NCBI GenBank assembly: GCA_005191425.1
Contig: SUPR01000021.1
Location: 1 to 32,000, forward strand
Direction of reading: 5' to 3'
Length of the DNA: 32,000 nt
From: Candidatus Helarchaeota ASGARD archaeon Hel_GB_B
Lineage (GTDB): Archaea > Asgardarchaeota > Lokiarchaeia > Helarchaeales > HEL-GB-B
Shown: in pieces, positions 28,320 to 32,000 of the stretch
How the letters are laid out: each line of letters opens with the position of its first letter
Numbering within the stretch: the stretch's first letter is position 1
Position numbers and translations under genes: made by a program
The notes under the pieces: generated by a model
Databases searched by the model: none
Told to the model about the DNA's origin: nothing
What the model saw: the letters and a program-made list of their open reading frames with translations, nothing else

Positions 28320-28582
28320 TTTTTCTATTTTTTTAATTTATAATTGAAATTTTTGTAGAAATTATCAATAAGCTTTATTTAACAACATTATTTTTTTCAA
28401 AGTTTTCAAATTTAATTTTAATATATCAATTTAGACCATAAAATTTGTCAACAAAATTATACTCTATTTTTCAAACTATTGATTTTACTACATATTTTAT
28501 TAAAATAATTTATAGAAAAAATTAACTATGATCGTAATACATAAATCAATGCATCTCAATATCATTTATTTAGGTGATTTAG

Positions 28583-29356
28583 ATATTATTTAAAAAAGAT
28601 TGTCTGTTATTTGCTAAAGAAAAACCTGATTCTTACTATGAACTAATTATAGCGGACCCACCTTATAATGATTGTATTAAAGCGGAATGGGATAACCAAT
28701 GGAAAGATGATAATGAATATTTAAACTGGTTAGAAGTTCGTATTAAAGAATTTAGTAGGATTCTAAAACCAAATGGAAACCTTCTAATGTACTGTAAACG
28801 GCAATTCAGTCATCATATTAAGATTATTCTAGACCAATATTTATACGAGCGGAGAATGATAATATGGGTTAGACGGAGAAATATGGACATAACTCGGGGT
28901 AAAACTTTAGCCAGTGGCTATGAACCTATTTTATGGTATAGTAAATCTGATCAATTTATTTTTAATTCAAAAGAAGCAAAAATTAAACCTCCAAAACGAT
29001 TACTTCAAAGACCTGAATACCAAAAAGGTGGACGCTTGGAAAAGGGAATTTCTTTGACAGATGCCTGGACAGATATACCAGCATTACCCCATAATAGTAA
29101 AGAAAAAACGGAGCACCCAACGCAAAAACCCCTAAAAATTTCAAAAAGGATTGTAAAAATATTTTCAACCCCCAGTGGAACAGTCTATATACCATTTGCA
29201 GGTAGTGGTAGTGAGGTCTTGGCTTGTATTTTTTTAAATAGAAAATGGGACGCCACTGAAATCAACCCAACATATATAAATTTGATTAAAAAAAGGCTCA
29301 AAAATTGTCCTACAAGCATTGAACGATGGCTCCCCGTAAAAGAGAAAATTAATTGA
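28583..29356 (+). CDS. Site-specific DNA methyltransferase (N6-A/N4-C, beta-class order), orphan; ATA start proposed
   Basis: The track ORF (28787) omits the catalytic motif. The frame is open from 28583: (M)LFKKDCLL...IIADPPYN...RILKPNG...HPTQKP...IPFAGSGSE. AGGTGA lies 5 nt before ATA 28583. Confidence 0.85.
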   Translation: MLFKKDCLLFAKEKPDSYYELIIADPPYNDCIKAEWDNQWKDDNEYLNWLEVRIKEFSRILKPNGNLLMYCKRQFSHHIKIILDQYLYERRMIIWVRRRNMDITRGKTLASGYEPILWYSKSDQFIFNSKEAKIKPPKRLLQRPEYQKGGRLEKGISLTDAWTDIPALPHNSKEKTEHPTQKPLKISKRIVKIFSTPSGTVYIPFAGSGSEVLACIFLNRKWDATEINPTYINLIKKRLKNCPTSIERWLPVKEKIN

Positions 29357-29781
29357 CTTTTAGCACCAAAAATTCATAATTAATTTAACGTTATTTTAGA
29401 ATTTGAAATTTTATAGTTTTAAGATTTTTGATTAATAGATTAATGATATTCATCAATCCGCTTAAAAATAAAATAATTTAGTAGATTTTCTTTTTAATAC
29501 CCAAATTAAGCTATCATTAGGTTATATCTATACGGTTATGATGCGCAGTATTTAAAAAATAACTTAATATGACCAATTTTCAGGTTAATTATATAATAAC
29601 TGGAAAATATTAGAAAAAATGAGATATTGGAGAGAGTATTTAATGATCAAATAGTATAAATTAATTTAAATTACTGTGTATTACTAGGATAACAACTATT
29701 TCTGAATGATTTTATTTTAAAATGATATTTATATTCTTGATTATCTATAAAATATAATATATTAATTATTAAATATTAATC

Positions 29782-30336
29782 GTGATTATAGTGCATAGAG
29801 GAAGATCAAAAAAAAGAATAGCAATTACAATTATTTTTATAGTTTCTGCTTTTATATCAATGGGATCATTTGTTGGACTTTATTATTTTTATTTACTGGG
29901 GCTAATATATTTAGGAATTTCATTAATAATTATATCGGGAATTATTTTATTAATTAGTATTTGTCTATTTTTTTCGCAATCAAGGGAATCTGACATTTTT
30001 CTCTCAAGATTTGAAAAAAAAGAAGAACAAAAAATTGAGAAAGAAACTTTTGAAGCAAATAAAGATGAATACGAATATATTAAAAGATATTTTGAAGCTC
30101 CGCCCAAGAAGGCACCTTCAATAAAAGATCTTATTGAATATCTAAGTGAATTCGAAAAAATCTCAATAACAGACATTACTAACCACTTTTATCCAAGAGA
30201 TTTAATAGAAAATAAGGCTATGTTTGGAAATGTTTCTTGGAAAATTAAAGAGAAAATTTGGGATAACTATAGAAAAATTAAAAATGTAATAGAATTGATG
30301 ATCTCAGAAAAAAAAATAGAAGGGTTTTTACGATAA
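29782..30336 (+). CDS. Two-TM membrane protein with PCI-like winged-helix C-terminus
   Basis: Two N-terminal TM helices; C-terminal KISITDI...IKNVIELMISEKKIEGFL resembles the PCI wHTH. The fold call is tentative. Confidence 0.55.
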   Translation: MIIVHRGRSKKRIAITIIFIVSAFISMGSFVGLYYFYLLGLIYLGISLIIISGIILLISICLFFSQSRESDIFLSRFEKKEEQKIEKETFEANKDEYEYIKRYFEAPPKKAPSIKDLIEYLSEFEKISITDITNHFYPRDLIENKAMFGNVSWKIKEKIWDNYRKIKNVIELMISEKKIEGFLR

Positions 30337-30605
30337 TTGGATATAGAACTATATTATTTTAATCCAAATTATAATAAAAATTAAGAAATTTGAAAATAAT
30401 TCTAAATTTTAATTGAAAATAAAATTCTAATAATAAATAAGGTGTGGGTATAGAAATTTTGCCAATTACTTTAAGAGAAAATTAATAGCAGTTGAGATTT
30501 AAATCGAGAATTTCAAAAATAATATTGTAGAGACGATTATTTTTAAATTATAAAATAAAAATGGAAAAAGTTAATTAATCTGAAAGAAAATAGGTTTTTT
30601 GGGCT

Positions 30606-31868
30606 ATGAACGACAAAAAATTGGTTGAATTAGATCAACACATTAAAGATAAGATTATTGAAATATTAACAGGACAGTGGTTAACTAGACCAGAAATTTT
30701 TGAAAAATTACCAAGGCTTACAAAAATAGAAGATGTACGACTTATAAACAATTTTATTGAATCGCAAATAAATGAAGGAATTATTTCAAAAAAAATAATA
30801 GGTCATAGGCTTTCCTTTGGTATTTTTAAAAAGGAAGACTTAGAACCAGATATAAATAATCGTTCTGAAAATGAAATTAAATTAAAATCAAAAGCTTTAC
30901 TAAAAAATTGGAGTGATACTGGATTAAGAGTAAAAGTTGGTAAAACAATTTATATAGACCCTGATTCAAAGAAAAAAGTTAAGCCAAATAAAAATGTTAA
31001 AGTCGGTAACAATTACTTTTTAGTGATAGATGGTAATAATGACTTCAAACTAAAATCTAAAGAAAATAATTGGCATGGAAAGGGGACACAAGAAGACCCA
31101 TATATTGTTGAAAATTTAATCATAGATGGAAATTCTAAAAAGGATGGTATTTTAATTAAAAATACTGATATTTGGTTCATTTTACATGAATGCTCAGTAA
31201 GAAGCTGTAAAAACTTCGGGATTTCACTTGAAAATGTTAAAAATTGCATAATAATAAAAAATAGAATTGTATTAAATAGTGGAACCGGATTAATTTTAAG
31301 AAATTCCTCTAAAATTCAAGTAGATAACAATTATTTTTTGAATAATTTAATAGGAATTGAAATTAGTAACTCAGATTTAAATGAAATAAAAGCAAATGAA
31401 ATAAATACCAATTCACAATCAGGAATTGTAATCGAATCCTCATTAAATAATAACCTTGTTGATAATTTATATTCTTATAATGGAATTGGAATTGATATTA
31501 AGCAATCAAATAATTGTATTATTAAAGGGTGTGAAATTAAATTAAATAAAAAAATTGGATTAAGACTAATTGATTGCTCAGAAAATGAAATCATTGAAAA
31601 TATGATAATAAAAAATGGGACTGGAATTGAAATAATTAATTCTAATGTTAATCAAATACATAAAAATCAAATAAAGTTTAATCAAAATGATGGAATTGCT
31701 CTATTTAACTCATACGAAAATTTAATTGAAATGAATATGGCTATTAAAAATAAATGTGGAATATATTTAGACAGATGCGCTAAAAATATAATAAAAAATA
31801 ATTTAACAGAATATAACCAAGAAAATGGAATATATCTTTTTCAATCATACGAAAATGAAGTCGCATAA
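30606..31868 (+). CDS. NosD/CASH-type right-handed beta-helix protein with N-terminal wHTH-like domain
   Basis: GKGTQEDPYIVENL lead-in, then about 9 repeats of ~22-23 aa (GIxIxxSxxNxIxxNxIxxNxxxGI); no signal peptide or TM segment. Confidence 0.85.
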   Translation: MNDKKLVELDQHIKDKIIEILTGQWLTRPEIFEKLPRLTKIEDVRLINNFIESQINEGIISKKIIGHRLSFGIFKKEDLEPDINNRSENEIKLKSKALLKNWSDTGLRVKVGKTIYIDPDSKKKVKPNKNVKVGNNYFLVIDGNNDFKLKSKENNWHGKGTQEDPYIVENLIIDGNSKKDGILIKNTDIWFILHECSVRSCKNFGISLENVKNCIIIKNRIVLNSGTGLILRNSSKIQVDNNYFLNNLIGIEISNSDLNEIKANEINTNSQSGIVIESSLNNNLVDNLYSYNGIGIDIKQSNNCIIKGCEIKLNKKIGLRLIDCSENEIIENMIIKNGTGIEIINSNVNQIHKNQIKFNQNDGIALFNSYENLIEMNMAIKNKCGIYLDRCAKNIIKNNLTEYNQENGIYLFQSYENEVA

Positions 31869-31980
31869 TTTCAATACTTCAAGTATATTTTGTTCCATGA
31901 CTTTTTAAATTTTTTTCCTGCTAGTTAAATCTTTAATTCAAGTGAAAGACCTTTTTTATCGAAATTAAGGTGTACAAACT

Positions 31981-32000
31981 ATGACTGAATTCAATAAAAA
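31981..32000 (+). CDS. Start of a CDS running off the right edge (MTEFNK...)
   Basis: AGGTG SD 8 nt before ATG 31981; open to the window end. Confidence 0.45.

Noticed and set aside
28574-28582. Amber (pyrrolysine) readthrough in GTG-ATT-TAG before the methyltransferase
   Set aside because: No pyl genes in the window, and the ATA start has the genome-typical SD spacing; readthrough is not needed.
10345-29356. Selenocysteine recoding at TGA-terminated ORFs (10347, 13894, 29356)
   Set aside because: Each TGA is followed by another in-frame stop within a few codons, and no SECIS-like element was recognised.
1977-31249. Short antisense/overlapping ORFs in the track (1977-2183, 4580-4780, 5325-5513, 6979-7212, 11372-11566, 12423-12632, 15259-15495, 17129-17314, 18402-18590, 19716-19904, 25272-25469, 25877-26104, 28052-28279, 28983-29195, 29889-30176, 31013-31249)
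   Set aside because: All are shadows overlapping well-supported genes, with no motifs or SD support.
1-32000. CRISPR arrays, tRNA/rRNA genes, transposases, integrases, att sites
   Set aside because: No regularly spaced repeats, T-loop/cloverleaf motifs, GC-rich RNA-like stretches or recombinase motifs were seen by eye; a tRNAscan/Infernal/CRISPR scan was not run.

Overview
AT-rich archaeal chromosomal segment, most likely from an Asgard archaeon (Loki/Helarchaeia-like). This is inferred from several Ras-superfamily small GTPases, a GTPase-roadblock fusion, PCI-like and Zn-finger proteins, and AGGTGA/GGAGG ribosome-binding sites. (1) 1-5980: divergent cobalamin/acyl-CoA locus. Minus strand: thiolase-fold protein, DUF35 protein and methylmalonyl-CoA mutase large subunit (missed by the ORF track because it runs off the left edge). 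Plus strand: B12-binding subunit, a second His-less B12-binding paralog, MeaB and CobO/BtuR. (2) 6030-9333: NPP-type phosphodiesterase, extended SDR, membrane protein. (3) 9721-13894: extremely AT-rich four-gene cassette built around a MinD/ParA ATPase with a Zn ribbon. (4) 14310-32000: transporters, peptidases, a ferredoxin, an orphan DNA methyltransferase and eukaryote-signature-like genes. Best leads: a tandem B-box-type Zn-finger protein whose N-terminal ~135 codons lack a canonical start; a Rab-like pseudo-GTPase fusion; the His-less B12 domain plus Cys-less thiolase at the mutase locus; the uncharacterised ParA/MinD cassette; and apparent non-AUG starts. No tRNA, rRNA, CRISPR array or transposase was recognised. 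All family calls come from motif reading, not database searches.
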